The notes under the pieces: model-generated
Told to the model about the DNA's origin: nothing
The model's database searches: none
What the model saw: only the letters and a program-made list of their open reading frames with translations
Source: an uncultured candidate division Zixibacteria bacterium
GTDB lineage: Bacteria > Zixibacteria > MSB-5A5 > RBG-16-43-9
NCBI GenBank assembly: GCA_963713865.1
Contig: OY970208.1
Span: 320,001-384,000 of the forward strand
DNA length: 64,000 bases
Direction: 5' to 3'
Translations under genes and position numbers: made by a program
Shown: positions 1-10,595 of the stretch, piece by piece
How the letters are laid out: the number at the start of each line of letters is the position of its first letter
How positions within the stretch are numbered: position 1 is the stretch's first letter

Positions 1-1043
1 GCTATCCCTGCTTCTCGAAAATATTCATAGATAGCTTCCGCTATAACCTGGTGCCCTTTCGCATTATAGTGGATATAATCCTCCCTCCCGCTGTCATAAA
101 GGTCGCCCCGATCCTCAAAAAGCAAAGCCACATCCACCAGGGGAACTTTTATCTCCTTAGAAAGCTCCCTTAGGGCTGCATTGTAATGTTTATTGGCGAT
201 ATGCGGTTTCGAAGTCTTACCTGGACCCAAAAATATCCGGGCGGAGGAGACCGGTGTGCTTAGAAATATCACCTTAATGCCTGAGTCCTGGGCTATTTCT
301 ACCATCTCCTTTAAATTGACAATATAATCCATCAACGATACCCTGTATCCGAGTTTCATTTCCTCCGGTGCTTTTTTACTCAATTTTAACAAATTCATAA
401 TCTCAAATTTCAAAAAAGAATAGATCTTTGAAAAAGAAAGACAATCGTCTATGTTCAAAATCCACTGAGGTGGAAATTTTTGATCCTTATCTTTTCGGGT
501 TGACACACACATATCGTTCCAGCCATAGGAGAGAATGATGATATCCGGATGAAACCTTAAAATCTCTCTTTTAAGAAATCTCAGACCCTGATAGGTACTG
601 TATCCGGTCATTCCGGCATTTATCACCTCAAACTCCGGTTGGGGTAAGTTCTGGTTCAAAAGGACTTCCAATCTCTTGGCATAGGTCTGTTCTGAATCAA
701 CCTTCCAGCCAAAGGTACAGGAGTTACCCATACAGATTATCCTTTTCATATTCGGATTTTTGTTCTCGGAGAATTCTTTATCCCGGTAACCCTTTGAGTT
801 TATCTTATAAATCCCGTCCACAAAGAACTTTCCTCTGATGGTCTGATTGGGTCTGATCCTCCAGAAAAGCTCGGAATCCTTTTTGTAATACTTAGGGTAA
901 TTGAGCTCTGGGTTCAAAAGAAAGGTTTTATCTGGATATATTTGAATATTTATCAGTCTGAAAAAAAGCTCCCCCAACAACAAAAACAAAATGACGCTTG
1001 AAAAAGAGAAAAGCAGGGTTTTGGAGAGTTTCGGTTTATCCAT
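1..1043 (-). CDS. SGNH/GDSL hydrolase family protein with N-terminal TM helix; C-terminus runs off the window start
   Basis: Manual translation from ATG at 1043: MDKPKLSKTLLFSFSS...RIICMGNSCTFG...VINAGMTGYST...YGWND...DYIHYNAKGHQ (SGNH blocks I, II, III, V). Not in the ORF track because no stop lies inside the window. Confidence 0.85.
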   Translation of the reverse strand, partial: MDKPKLSKTLLFSFSSVILFLLLGELFFRLINIQIYPDKTFLLNPELNYPKYYKKDSELFWRIRPNQTIRGKFFVDGIYKINSKGYRDKEFSENKNPNMKRIICMGNSCTFGWKVDSEQTYAKRLEVLLNQNLPQPEFEVINAGMTGYSTYQGLRFLKREILRFHPDIIILSYGWNDMCVSTRKDKDQKFPPQWILNIDDCLSFSKIYSFLKFEIMNLLKLSKKAPEEMKLGYRVSLMDYIVNLKEMVEIAQDSGIKVIFLSTPVSSARIFLGPGKTSKPHIANKHYNAALRELSKEIKVPLVDVALLFEDRGDLYDSGREDYIHYNAKGHQVIAEAIYEYFREAGI

Positions 1044-1049
1044 CAGAAT

Positions 1050-1217
1050 TTAGAAAAGAGAATAAATGAAAGGGGCAATGACCGAGCTTTCCGCAAAGAT
1101 TATAAGCAATGAGAGGATGAGCAGGATGAAGATTATCGGTCCCAGCCAGTATCTTTTCCTGAACCGAATGAACTGCCAGAACTCCTTGAAGATCGAAAAA
1201 CGAGAGAAAAAACTCAT
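1050..1217 (-). CDS. DUF5989 / SxtK-like small membrane protein (55 aa)
   Basis: Manual translation MSFFSRFSIFKEFWQFIRFRKRYWLGPIIFILLILSLLIIFAESSVIAPFIYSLF; AAGGAG RBS upstream; typical neighbour of carbamoyltransferases. Confidence 0.85.
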   Translation of the reverse strand: MSFFSRFSIFKEFWQFIRFRKRYWLGPIIFILLILSLLIIFAESSVIAPFIYSLF

Positions 1218-1231
1218 ATTATCTCCTTTAT

Positions 1232-1869
1232 TGTCATTCTGACCCTGCCAAAGGCGGGGGAAGAATCTAATCTTTTTTAGTATCCAGATGCTTCGCTTCG
1301 CTCAGCATGACACCTCCCACCTTCGCTTGTCATTCTGAGCCCTACTGGCGAAGAATCTCTTCTTTTCTATTTGAGATTCTTCACTTCATTCAGAATAACA
1401 CCTCCCATCCCCTGTCATTCTGAGGGAGTTCCCTACAAGGGCGACCGAAGAATCTCAATAAATTCCTCATTTAAATCCTTCCATTCTGGATTAACTGATT
1501 CTATCAAGCTAATTTTCTTAATCCTCAACCATCCTTTAATCTGTTTCTCTCTGGTAATAGCACTTCTCACATCTTCTGTCATTTCATAATAGACTAATTT
1601 AGTGAGATTATATTTCTTGGTAAATCCCGCAATTAACTTATTCTTATGCTCATACATTCTGCGTTCTAAGTTATTAGTAACTCCTGTATATATAGTTCCT
1701 GAGTTATTAGTTAAGATATAAACATAATACTGTTTCATATTTTTTCAATGAAATTTTCAGATACTTCGCTTTGCTCAGTATGACACCTCCCACCTTCGCT
1801 TGTCATTCTGAGCCCTACTGGCGAAGAATCTCTTCTTTTTTATTATCAGATGCTTCGCTTAGCATGACA
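1232..1869. repeat. Cluster of TGTCATTCTGA...GAAGAATCT / AGAT..TTCG..TCAG.ATGACA REP-like inverted doublets around the GIY-YIG gene
   Basis: Forward units at about 1232, 1328, 1413, 1801 and reverse units at about 1286, 1374, 1759, 1848; near-identical 82-bp direct repeat at 1285-1366 and 1758-1839. Confidence 0.9.
1433..1738 (-). CDS. Small stand-alone GIY-YIG nuclease
   Basis: YYVYILTN..TIYTGVTNNLERRMYEHK...AITREKQIKGW...LIESVNPEWKDL. Confidence 0.9.
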   Translation of the reverse strand: MKQYYVYILTNNSGTIYTGVTNNLERRMYEHKNKLIAGFTKKYNLTKLVYYEMTEDVRSAITREKQIKGWLRIKKISLIESVNPEWKDLNEEFIEILRSPL

Positions 1870-1881
1870 ACACTCAATCAT

Positions 1882-3615
1882 TTAATCCTGAGCAAACAAC
1901 TTCTCATACGAGAACTCCTCCTTAAGAGGAGGCATCTCCTCTTTATCTAATACGAAATTACCCATAATAAGGTAGTCCATCCCGGAGCGCCTAAAGGAAA
2001 GATAAGCCTCTTCTGGAGTACAGACGATCGGCTCACCTCTTAAATTAAAAGAGGTATTCAAAAGGGCTGGATACCCGGTCAGGTTATAAAATTCTGCGAG
2101 CAGGTCATAAAAAAGCTGGTTCTCCTCTCTTTTCACGGTCTGTAATCTAGCTGAGCCGTCTACATGAGTTACTGCTGGAATCTCTTTACTCTTCACCTGA
2201 AAAGTCAGAAGCATAAAGGGGGAAGGTCTATCTATTTCAAAAAAATCCTTTGCTTTCTCCCAGATAATACTGGGCGCAAATGGCCTGAAACCTTCACGAT
2301 ATTTTACCTTTTGATTCACTCTATCCTTGTTCTCTGCCTTTCGAGGATCAGCTAAAATGCTCCGGTTACCTAAAGCTCTGGGACCAAATTCCATCCTGCC
2401 CTGAAACCAGCCCAGGATATTCTGTTCTGAAAGAAGTTTAGCAGCAAATTTAAGTAGTTCAGCCCGATTATATTCCTTATAAGTTATCCCCTCACAAATT
2501 AAAAAATCTTTTATCTGATCTTGTGAAAATCCCGGACCCAAATAGGCATCTTTCCATACAAAACCCCTCTGATTATTTAGAAGGGTGTAATAGATATAAG
2601 CTGCTACTCCCACTGCACCACCGGCATCGCTTGAACCAGGCTGAATAAAAAGCTCCTCCATAGGAGTCTCTTTTAAAATCCTTGAATTAGCCAAGCAGTT
2701 TAAGGCAACACCGCCGGCTAAGCATAAATTTTTCAAACCGGTTTCTTTATATAAATTGTTCGTCATCTTTAAAACAATCTCTTCAGTTACTTTCTGCAAA
2801 CTCGCAGCCATATCTTTATGCAGTTTTTTAATCTCAGTCTCAGGTTTTCTGGGAGCTGAACCGAAAAGTTTATCAAACCGGCCATTGGTCATCTTCAAAC
2901 CATAATCATAGGAGAAGTATCTCATATTCAGCTTGAAACTGCCATCTTCTTCTAAATCAACCAGCTCTTTCATTATAAGATCATAATGGACTGGCTCACC
3001 ATAGGGAGCCAATCCCATCACTTTATATTCTGCACTGTTCACCTTAAAACCTAAATAATAGGTGAAAGCACTGTATAAAAGCCCCAAGGAATGCGGGAAC
3101 CTCATCTCATATAAAAGCTCAATCTGATTATCTTTACCCATCCCGTATGCACCGGTCGACCACTCGCCCACTCCATCTATGGTAAGTATGCCTGCCTCTT
3201 TAAAGGGGGAGACCAAAAAACTTGACCCCGCATGGGAGAGGTGGTGCTCGATCATCAATACTTCTCCCTTATAATCAAGCTCCTTACGAATCAGAGATGG
3301 TATCCAGAGCTTTTCTTTCAGCCACATAGGAGTTGCCATCAAGAACGAGACAAAAGATTTTGGAAAGGTAGCTAAGTGCGAAAATAAAATCCTTTCGAAT
3401 TTGATAAAAGGTTTCTCATAGAAACCTATATAGTCAAGCTCCTTGGCAGATATATTTTCAGTGGAAAGGCAATAATTGATCGCTCGTAGAGGAAAGTTGG
3501 AATCGTGTTTAAGCCGGGAAAACCGTTCCTCCTGAGCTGCAGCTACTATCCTGCCATCTTTGAGCAAGGCAGCCGCTGAATCGTGATAAAAAGCTGAGAT
3601 ACCTAAGATATACAT
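1882..3615 (-). CDS. Carbamoyltransferase (NodU/CmcH family)
   Basis: ILGISAFYHDSAAAL, EHHLSHA, DGVGEW, GGVALNC, EFGPRALGNRSILADPR, LLNTSFN. Confidence 0.95.
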   Translation of the reverse strand: MYILGISAFYHDSAAALLKDGRIVAAAQEERFSRLKHDSNFPLRAINYCLSTENISAKELDYIGFYEKPFIKFERILFSHLATFPKSFVSFLMATPMWLKEKLWIPSLIRKELDYKGEVLMIEHHLSHAGSSFLVSPFKEAGILTIDGVGEWSTGAYGMGKDNQIELLYEMRFPHSLGLLYSAFTYYLGFKVNSAEYKVMGLAPYGEPVHYDLIMKELVDLEEDGSFKLNMRYFSYDYGLKMTNGRFDKLFGSAPRKPETEIKKLHKDMAASLQKVTEEIVLKMTNNLYKETGLKNLCLAGGVALNCLANSRILKETPMEELFIQPGSSDAGGAVGVAAYIYYTLLNNQRGFVWKDAYLGPGFSQDQIKDFLICEGITYKEYNRAELLKFAAKLLSEQNILGWFQGRMEFGPRALGNRSILADPRKAENKDRVNQKVKYREGFRPFAPSIIWEKAKDFFEIDRPSPFMLLTFQVKSKEIPAVTHVDGSARLQTVKREENQLFYDLLAEFYNLTGYPALLNTSFNLRGEPIVCTPEEAYLSFRRSGMDYLIMGNFVLDKEEMPPLKEEFSYEKLFAQD

Positions 3616-3858
3616 TTAAAACTGCCTGCGAGCGTTTTCCAAATTAATTTCTATCTTCTCTTTTTTTATCCAGAAAGATTTTTTCTTGTCTTTCCATTTC
3701 TTATTTAAAAGGTCTTTTCCTAAAAACCTGAGGAAGATGGAGAAAAGCCCGAGTATAACAAAATAAAAAAGTGTCAGGATGATTATAGACTGGACATAAG
3801 CTACTTTTTTGGAAAAAGCCTTAATCCCAGACCAGAGTTTATTCAGAAAACTTCTCAT
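3616..3858 (-). CDS. SxtJ-like small membrane protein
   Basis: One TM helix, ends in RQF, abuts the carbamoyltransferase. Confidence 0.7.
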   Translation of the reverse strand: MRSFLNKLWSGIKAFSKKVAYVQSIIILTLFYFVILGLFSIFLRFLGKDLLNKKWKDKKKSFWIKKEKIEINLENARRQF

Positions 3859-4058
3859 AAAATTACCTCAAAAGACAATATTAAAGCCAAAAGCATAATT
3901 GTCAAGACTTCCTTGAAATAAAAGGAAAACAGAAGATGGAAAATGAAAAATAAATAAGAATTTGGATTGTAAACTTTAGGTTTACCAAAAATTCTTTTGT
4001 CTTAATATGAATTAAAGTAAAGCTGAAGCTTTACCCTTCAGAGTGTAGTCTTTCACTT

Positions 4059-5540
4059 TTATTGAAATCTGGAAACTATGGTTTTATAAATCTCCTCTGC
4101 AATAATCCTGTGCCCTTCTTGGGTAGGGTGGCAGTGGTCGATAAACAGGGTTTCATTTCCTATTTTACTGAAAGCAGAGACTGCATCCACTAAGGGAACC
4201 TCATATTTTAAAGAAAGATTTTTGAGTTTTTCCCGATATGCATTTTTAATCCTCAAAGACTGGAAATCCAGCTCCTTCGCCCTTTCTAATTCCTTTTGTG
4301 CTTCTACTAATTCCCCTGCATTTTTCAGGGCAATACCTAAGTTGTAAGGCAAGAGCGCATAAGAAGAATCCTGGGCAATCGCCTTTCTGAAAAGATTTTC
4401 TGCCACTTTATAATTCCCTTCTCTCCAGTATAAAACACCCAGGTTATTCAGATACACAAAATTATCCGGCTGGAAAATTAAACCCTTTTCATAAAAAGCT
4501 TTGCTGGAATCTATGTTCCCCTGATCCTCATAGGCAGATTTAAAAACCGTGATCGAATACCAGTCGATCTTATCATAAATTTCAGCAAAATGAGCCCAGT
4601 CAATGCAGTAGGAGACCTTCCTTTTTAAAAGGGATTGGGTCTCATCTGCCATCACCAGCTCACCTTTTTCGTCTTTTAAGCTGGTGAAGACTTTAAACTG
4701 TAAACCAGAAGGCCACTCCAATGGAACCGGAACATTTATCAAAACTATTTTCATATTGTTGTCTTTTGCAAATTTTATCATCCCCTCGATATTCTGATAA
4801 TAATCTTCAGGTGAAACCCTGACCATCACCTCCTTTTTCTCTTTTTGTTTTCTCTCAAGAGAAGCTTTAATCGGAAGAATAAGCTCTTTTAGAAATCTAT
4901 AGGTGGCAAGATGGTTAAGAGTGCCCAGAAAACCAACTAATTGAGGATTTCTATTCATCAGCTCTTTATCAGAAATGTAGCCATTTTGAGAGGCATCATT
5001 ATTTCCGAAATAGACAATTATTAAATCAGGAGAGTATTTTAATCCATAATTCTTAAGATAGGTTAACCCCTGCAAGGAGGTATATCCAGAAACGGCTGCA
5101 TTTACCAGCTCAAATTTTTTATCCGGATGTTTTTGATTCAAGATTTTGACTAATTGCTCCCCAAAAGCATCTTCTCTTTTATGCAAACCCAATCCAACTG
5201 GAGCAGAATCGCCTAATAAGAGTATTCTATAAGTGTTAGCTGGCTTTGGAATTGAAATCTCCGGACCTAAAAGTCCATCTGAATTGGTCTGGAAGATGCC
5301 TTTGTGAACATTGGGTCTGAATTTCCAGAGAAGAAAAGGGTCTCTTTCCTGAACCCCTAAAAAGCGGGAGAAAAGCTCCTGCTGCCAGAGCTTATTCTCC
5401 TTGATTAATTTCTCCTGGTCTGTACCTTTAGCTATGAGATGAAACCCTGAGTCCAGAACCCTTAAGATTATCTCTATAAATAGAAAAAAAAGGATTACAA
5501 GGATTATCGAGAAGAAAAGATATTTTAGTAATTTTGACAT
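4059..5540 (-). CDS. SGNH/GDSL hydrolase with inserted TPR repeats
   Basis: LLGDSA, NAAVSGYTS, YFGNND, FIDHCHPT; TPR-like segments YLNNLGVLY and YNLGIAL. Confidence 0.85.
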   Translation of the reverse strand: MSKLLKYLFFSIILVILFFLFIEIILRVLDSGFHLIAKGTDQEKLIKENKLWQQELFSRFLGVQERDPFLLWKFRPNVHKGIFQTNSDGLLGPEISIPKPANTYRILLLGDSAPVGLGLHKREDAFGEQLVKILNQKHPDKKFELVNAAVSGYTSLQGLTYLKNYGLKYSPDLIIVYFGNNDASQNGYISDKELMNRNPQLVGFLGTLNHLATYRFLKELILPIKASLERKQKEKKEVMVRVSPEDYYQNIEGMIKFAKDNNMKIVLINVPVPLEWPSGLQFKVFTSLKDEKGELVMADETQSLLKRKVSYCIDWAHFAEIYDKIDWYSITVFKSAYEDQGNIDSSKAFYEKGLIFQPDNFVYLNNLGVLYWREGNYKVAENLFRKAIAQDSSYALLPYNLGIALKNAGELVEAQKELERAKELDFQSLRIKNAYREKLKNLSLKYEVPLVDAVSAFSKIGNETLFIDHCHPTQEGHRIIAEEIYKTIVSRFQ

Positions 5541-5735
5541 AGATTTTTATTTAATAATAAATTTATCCAGAAAACTAAAAATCATACGGAAAATAAGGGA
5601 TGGTTGACTAACTGTCAAGGATGGTTTAGATATCTTGCTCTTTTCTGGAAAGGATAAGAACGACCTCATCCTGACCCTCTTCTATAGGGAAAGGGTAAAA
5701 AATGACTCGGGGCTGTTCAAGAAATTTCAATTAGC

Positions 5736-6173
5736 TTATAATCTTTTTGGAATGCCGGTAACAAATGCTAAGAGCCAGATAGCCCAGGCATAGACTGAAA
5801 AACGGCTGAAAAGCTCCTGTGCTTTACCACCCTTAATCAGTGCCAGTATTGCCCAGATAAGATGCAGGAACATAATGACCAGGGCAGAAAAACCACAAAT
5901 AGAGTGGATATTCAAATTGATTTTAGCGGCTTTAATCGACATAATTGAAGTGCCGGTTAAATCGCATAAAAATCCGGTAAGGAACACTATTACCATCCAC
6001 AGCTTAAGCTTTTTTACGAATCTTTCTGACCAGATGGCGGAACTGTAGAAAATCAAAGCTGCCATTATAAACAGTATAGAAAGAAGCACTTTTTTTATGT
6101 TTGCCTTATTTAAATACTCGTACTTACCCTGCTTTAAACATAATAAATATAAGGGTTTTTTAGGATTTGTCAA
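5736..6173 (-). CDS. HsmA-like (TIGR03987-type) 4-TM membrane protein; true start probably GTG at 6089
   Basis: ALIFYSSAIWSE...GFLCDLTGTSIM...HSICG..ALVIMFLHLIWA. Confidence 0.7.
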   Translation of the reverse strand: MTNPKKPLYLLCLKQGKYEYLNKANIKKVLLSILFIMAALIFYSSAIWSERFVKKLKLWMVIVFLTGFLCDLTGTSIMSIKAAKINLNIHSICGFSALVIMFLHLIWAILALIKGGKAQELFSRFSVYAWAIWLLAFVTGIPKRL

Positions 6174-6880
6174 TTAAATAAGTTCCCAAAGAAATAGAAA
6201 CTTGATAGATCCAGGTTACCCTCAACCCGGGATAGCCCTTAATAAAAGAAAATGGACAGAATCCACCTGAGGCGGATTCTGTACCTACACGAAAAATAAC
6301 AGGGGTCCCGCCAAAGGCGGGACGACCGGAGTTTATTCACCTTGGCGAAGGTCATGAACCCTTTAAGATTGAATCCTTAAGTCTTTTAAAAATTAGCTAT
6401 TACAAAGCCACGCAAAAACTTACTAATTCTTGGACTATCCATAATAACCCACACAAAACCCATAATAACCTAATCCAAATTGAAACAGGCAGTGGCTGGT
6501 ATTTTTCATGACCCTAGTACTAAAACTATGAGAGCACCTCATAGGTAATTTTTTCTTTATTGGTGTCTGTACACCAGACGCAGTGGATTTGATATCCGAG
6601 TTGGTATCTTTAGCTAACTTGTTGTTATTCAATATAATCTTTCTACTGAATAAGCTTACAGGATAATTTAATTTGTATCAATTTGTATCATTTGGGACGG
6701 TTTATGGACACTATTTGGACACCAGGATTGATAAATGGACAGATCGTGGGAGTCATAAATAGGTTTAACCGAAATGAATTTACCTTGACTTTTCCAATTC
6801 ATGAGTTATCATTTTACTAAAGTAGCGGATACTAATCATATCGAATTTTGTGAACCAGTGACCTCGAAAACAAGTCAAAG

Positions 6881-9163
6881 ATGCCTACTAAGATGTCTTT
6901 AGGGACTAAAATCTCTACACTCTGTTTCATGTTCTTACTTATTCTCTATCCAGGGCAGTCTCTTGTGTCATTTATTGATGTGAGTCCGAATCCTAATTTC
7001 AGAAATTTATATACCTCAGTTTTCTGTGCGGATTTTGACGGGGATGGGCGTTTGGATTTAGCGGTGGCAAATAGCGGAAGTAATACGGTCTCCATATTAA
7101 AGAACAAGGGGGATGGGACATTTCAGACTGCGGTTAACTATGGTGTAGGAAATTCTCCTGTGTCCATTTTTTCTGCTGATTTAGACGGGGATGGGCGTTT
7201 GGATTTAGCGGTAGCAAACAGCGGAAGTAATACGGTCTCCATATTAAAGAACAAGGGGGACGGGACATTTCAGACTGCGGTTAACTATGGTGTAGGAAAT
7301 TCTCCTGTGTCCATTTTTTCTGCTGATTTAGACGGGGATGGGTATTTGGATTTAGCGGTGGCAAATAGCAGAAGTAATACGGTCTCCATATTAAAGAATA
7401 AGGGTAATGGAACATTTCAGACTGCGGTCAACTATGCAGCAGGGGACGTTCCTGCTTCTATTTTTTGTGCGGACTTAACCGGGGAGGGTGATATAGACTT
7501 AGCTGTAGCAAATAGTGAAAGTAACACTGTCTCTTTATTTAAGAACAACGGTAATGGAACTTTTCAGGCTAAAGTTGATACTGGTACGGGAAAGAGTCCT
7601 TATTCTATTTTCTGTGCGGATTTAGACGGGGATGGCCATTTAGATTTAGCAGTGGCAAACAGTGGAAGTAACACTATCTCCATATTCAAGAATAAGGGGA
7701 ACGGAATTTTTCAAGGTTCAGTGAACTACACTGTTGGTGAACGTCCGCATTCTATTTTCTGTGCGGATTTAGACGGGGATGGGCATTTGGATTTAACTGT
7801 GACAAATAATTATAGCAATGATGTTTCTATTCTCAAGAACAAGGGTGATGGAACATTTCAGTCGGCAGTGAACTATGCAGGAGGGGACGGTCCTGCTTCT
7901 ATTTTTTGTGCAGATTTAAATGGTAATGGATATAAAGACTTGGTCGTGACAAATGATGGAAGTGAACAGGATATTTTTGTAAGCAGTAGTATTTCAATTT
8001 TAGAAAACCAAGGGGATGGCACATTTCCGAGACCGCTTAACTATAGAGTAGGAAGCGAGCCTATTTCAGTCTTTTGTGCGGATTTAAATGGGGATGGAGC
8101 TGAAGACTTAGCTGTGGCAAATAATAATAGTAACGATATTTCCATTCTCAACAACAATGGTGATGGGACATTTCAGAGCGCGATCAACTATCCAGCAGGA
8201 AACCGCCCTGCTTCTGTTTTTTGTGCAGATTTAGACGGGGATAGGCATTTAGACTTAGCGGTGGCAAATAGCAGGAGCAACACCATTTCCGTATTAATCA
8301 ACAATGGTGATGGAACTTTTCAGAACGCGGTCAGCTATGTTGTGGGAAATTCTCCTCTGTCTATTTTTTGTGCAGATTTAGATAGGAACGGACGTTTTGA
8401 CTTAGCTGTGGCAAACAGCGGAAGTAACACTGTCTCCATACTGAAGAACAATGGTGATGGAACTTTTGCGACCGCGGTTAACTACAGCGTAGACAGTGCA
8501 GGGGCAGTTCCTACTTGTGTCTTTTGTGCGGATTTAGACGGAGATGGGGATTTAGATTTGGCGGTCGCGAATAATGCTGGCTATATCACCATATTGAAGA
8601 ATAACAGCGATGGAACTTTTCAATCCAAAGTTGACGGCACCATAGGAATCTATATTCCAGAAGTGGAGTACCCTGTAGGAATTTTTCCTCATTCTATTTT
8701 TTGTGCGGACTTTGACGGGGATAAGGATTTAGACTTGGCTGTTGCAAATAGTGGAAGTAATACTATCTCCATATTAAGGAACAAAGGTGGTGGGACTTTT
8801 GAGGCAGCTGTCAACTACAGCGTGGGGGACGTTCCTAGTTCTATTTTCTGTGCGGACTTAAACGGGGATGGGCATTTAGATTTAGCTGTGGCCAATAGCG
8901 GAAGTAATACTATCTCCATATTCAAGAATAAGGGGAATGGAATTTTTCAAACTCCAGTTAATTATACTGTTGGTGAACGTCCGCATTCTATTTTCTGTGC
9001 GGATTTAGACCGGGATGGGAATTTAGACTTGGCTGTGGTAAACACTTATAGCAACGATGTTTCCATTCTCAAGAACAATGGTAATGGGACATTTCAGAGC
9101 GCTGTAAGCTATGCGGCAGGGGATGTTTCTAATTTTATTTATTGTGTACATTCATATAGATAG
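6881..9163 (+). CDS. Secreted FG-GAP/VCBS repeat protein (about 14 repeats of ~49 aa); last repeat degenerate
   Basis: Repeats of FCADLDGDGxLDLAVANSGSNTVSILKNxGDGTF; hydrophobic N-terminus; promoter-like TTGACT at about 6785. Confidence 0.9.
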   Translation: MPTKMSLGTKISTLCFMFLLILYPGQSLVSFIDVSPNPNFRNLYTSVFCADFDGDGRLDLAVANSGSNTVSILKNKGDGTFQTAVNYGVGNSPVSIFSADLDGDGRLDLAVANSGSNTVSILKNKGDGTFQTAVNYGVGNSPVSIFSADLDGDGYLDLAVANSRSNTVSILKNKGNGTFQTAVNYAAGDVPASIFCADLTGEGDIDLAVANSESNTVSLFKNNGNGTFQAKVDTGTGKSPYSIFCADLDGDGHLDLAVANSGSNTISIFKNKGNGIFQGSVNYTVGERPHSIFCADLDGDGHLDLTVTNNYSNDVSILKNKGDGTFQSAVNYAGGDGPASIFCADLNGNGYKDLVVTNDGSEQDIFVSSSISILENQGDGTFPRPLNYRVGSEPISVFCADLNGDGAEDLAVANNNSNDISILNNNGDGTFQSAINYPAGNRPASVFCADLDGDRHLDLAVANSRSNTISVLINNGDGTFQNAVSYVVGNSPLSIFCADLDRNGRFDLAVANSGSNTVSILKNNGDGTFATAVNYSVDSAGAVPTCVFCADLDGDGDLDLAVANNAGYITILKNNSDGTFQSKVDGTIGIYIPEVEYPVGIFPHSIFCADFDGDKDLDLAVANSGSNTISILRNKGGGTFEAAVNYSVGDVPSSIFCADLNGDGHLDLAVANSGSNTISIFKNKGNGIFQTPVNYTVGERPHSIFCADLDRDGNLDLAVVNTYSNDVSILKNNGNGTFQSAVSYAAGDVSNFIYCVHSYR

Positions 9164-9415
9164 ATATTCAGACTTGATCAGTCAAATACTTTTGGCGATA
9201 GTGTATTTGTACTTTTTTGTTCTGTCAGGAGCTACTCCTGACAGAAGTGTCAGGTCTGAGGACCTGATACAACATAGAATTAAAAATTGCGGGGGTCCCG
9301 CCAAAGGTGGGGGATGGACAACCAGCCTGCAAAAATATACGTTAATCAATAAATCCGAGTTATCCTCAAAAAAATGGACAGAACGATGTTCTGTCCCTAC
9401 GCAATAAATAAAAAA

Positions 9416-9465
9416 TAGCGGGGGTTGGATTTGAACCAATTCGCCTTGGCGAAGGTTATGAGCCC
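9416..9465 (-). pseudogene. 3' half of the hairpin-substituted tRNA-Met variant (att-like remnant)
   Basis: Identical to 10683-10732: TAGCGGGGGTTGGATTTGAACCAATTCGCCTTGGCGAAGGTTATGAGCCC. Confidence 0.85.
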
Positions 9466-9971
9466 ATTAAGACTGTTTCCCTAACCCTTTAAAATATCAG
9501 TTATTACAAAGGACCACAAAAACTTCCTTACTTTCTCACCATCCATAATAACCCACCATAATCCAAGATCATCCAACCTGAAATGAGGCATAAAAGAGGC
9601 ACGGGATAGATTCCCCCCCTAGTACCACTCCCTATTTCTTGAGAAATTTCGATTTTTTAGTTGACTTAGCAGAGGGGATTGGTTAAACTATATATGTTAA
9701 TCGACTAATATCATAGATTAGCGTTCTGTAAGCGAGCGTTTAAAGAACGATTTTAGAGGGAGAAGGATTTATGTTTGGGGGAATATCAGACACGCAAATC
9801 TGCTCATTAATACCTGACTTTTTTGGGGGTTCTATAGGATGGTAGGGGGGGTTCACAGATGCCCGCTTTCAGTTAACAGAACTTTTTTTTGGAGTCTTCT
9901 GATATCTTTCCCTTTGAAAATATTATGGTGGAGGGAATGCTCAAAAAAAGCTATAAGATAAGGAGGAAGCC

Positions 9972-10133
9972 ATGCCCGGAAAACCAACGAAGTATCAAGA
10001 AAGGATGAGAGTCTTGCGTGAGCAAGCAAGAAATGGCAATATGAGAGCCATGGAGGAGTTGTACAAAAGATACCACGTAAATGAAATAATGATTAACAAT
10101 GAACTCATAAACCTAAAGGAAAAGTTTGCGTGA
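9972..10133 (+). CDS. Hypothetical 53-aa protein
   Basis: AGGAGG RBS at 9961; MPGKPTKYQERMRVLREQARNGNMRAMEELYKRYHVNEIMINNELINLKEKFA. Confidence 0.55.
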   Translation: MPGKPTKYQERMRVLREQARNGNMRAMEELYKRYHVNEIMINNELINLKEKFA

Positions 10134-10531
10134 TCTGTGACCAGTTAGTAATTAGGTAAAGAAGCTGGGGGTCCCCAAAATGGACGAGTTTATAACTTTT
10201 TTGATATCAGAGAATTTTGATATACATGCCAAATTAGTTGAGTTCTGTCATTGGGTGCCTTATGGGACGATGTTAGAACCTGTTTCATGGTCTCAAGTTA
10301 AGTTTACCCCGACCATGTTTACACTATTTCTTCTCTGACTACCCAAAGGGCGTCAGAATATTCTCAGGTTAGCTACGGGGGCTTATTTTTTGTAATTAAT
10401 TAAACCAAAGAAACACAGACAGGGGTAGGTTCAGATATATTCCGGAGCTGTGGAAGTGTTAAACTTTGAGGCAGAAACGAGGCAAAAAGAGCCGAATTAA
10501 TTTTTGGCTCTTGTAAGTCCTTGTATTTCAA

Positions 10532-10595
10532 TAGCGGAGGGTGGATTTGAAGGGCGACCTTCCCCCGCCTTTGGCGGGAGACGGACTACCAGCCT
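10532..10595 (-). pseudogene. Degenerate tRNA-Met remnant with the anticodon arm replaced by CCCGCCAAAGGCGGG
   Basis: Minus strand AGGCTGGTAGTCCGT-CTCCCGCCAAAGGCGGGGG-AAGGTCGCCCTTCAAATCCACCCTCCGCTA aligns to the native tRNA on both sides of the hairpin. Confidence 0.7.

Noticed and set aside
1050-3858. Saxitoxin biosynthesis (sxtI/J/K-like trio)
   Set aside because: The trio is widespread with SGNH genes; no sxtA or other toxin genes are present.
6881-9163. Diversity-generating retroelement TR/VR pair
   Set aside because: Repeat differences are not adenine-specific and no reverse transcriptase is present.
10165-10300. Possible recombinase C-terminal remnants (GVPKMDEFIT, LGALWDDVRT)
   Set aside because: Too short to support; no upstream catalytic domain visible.
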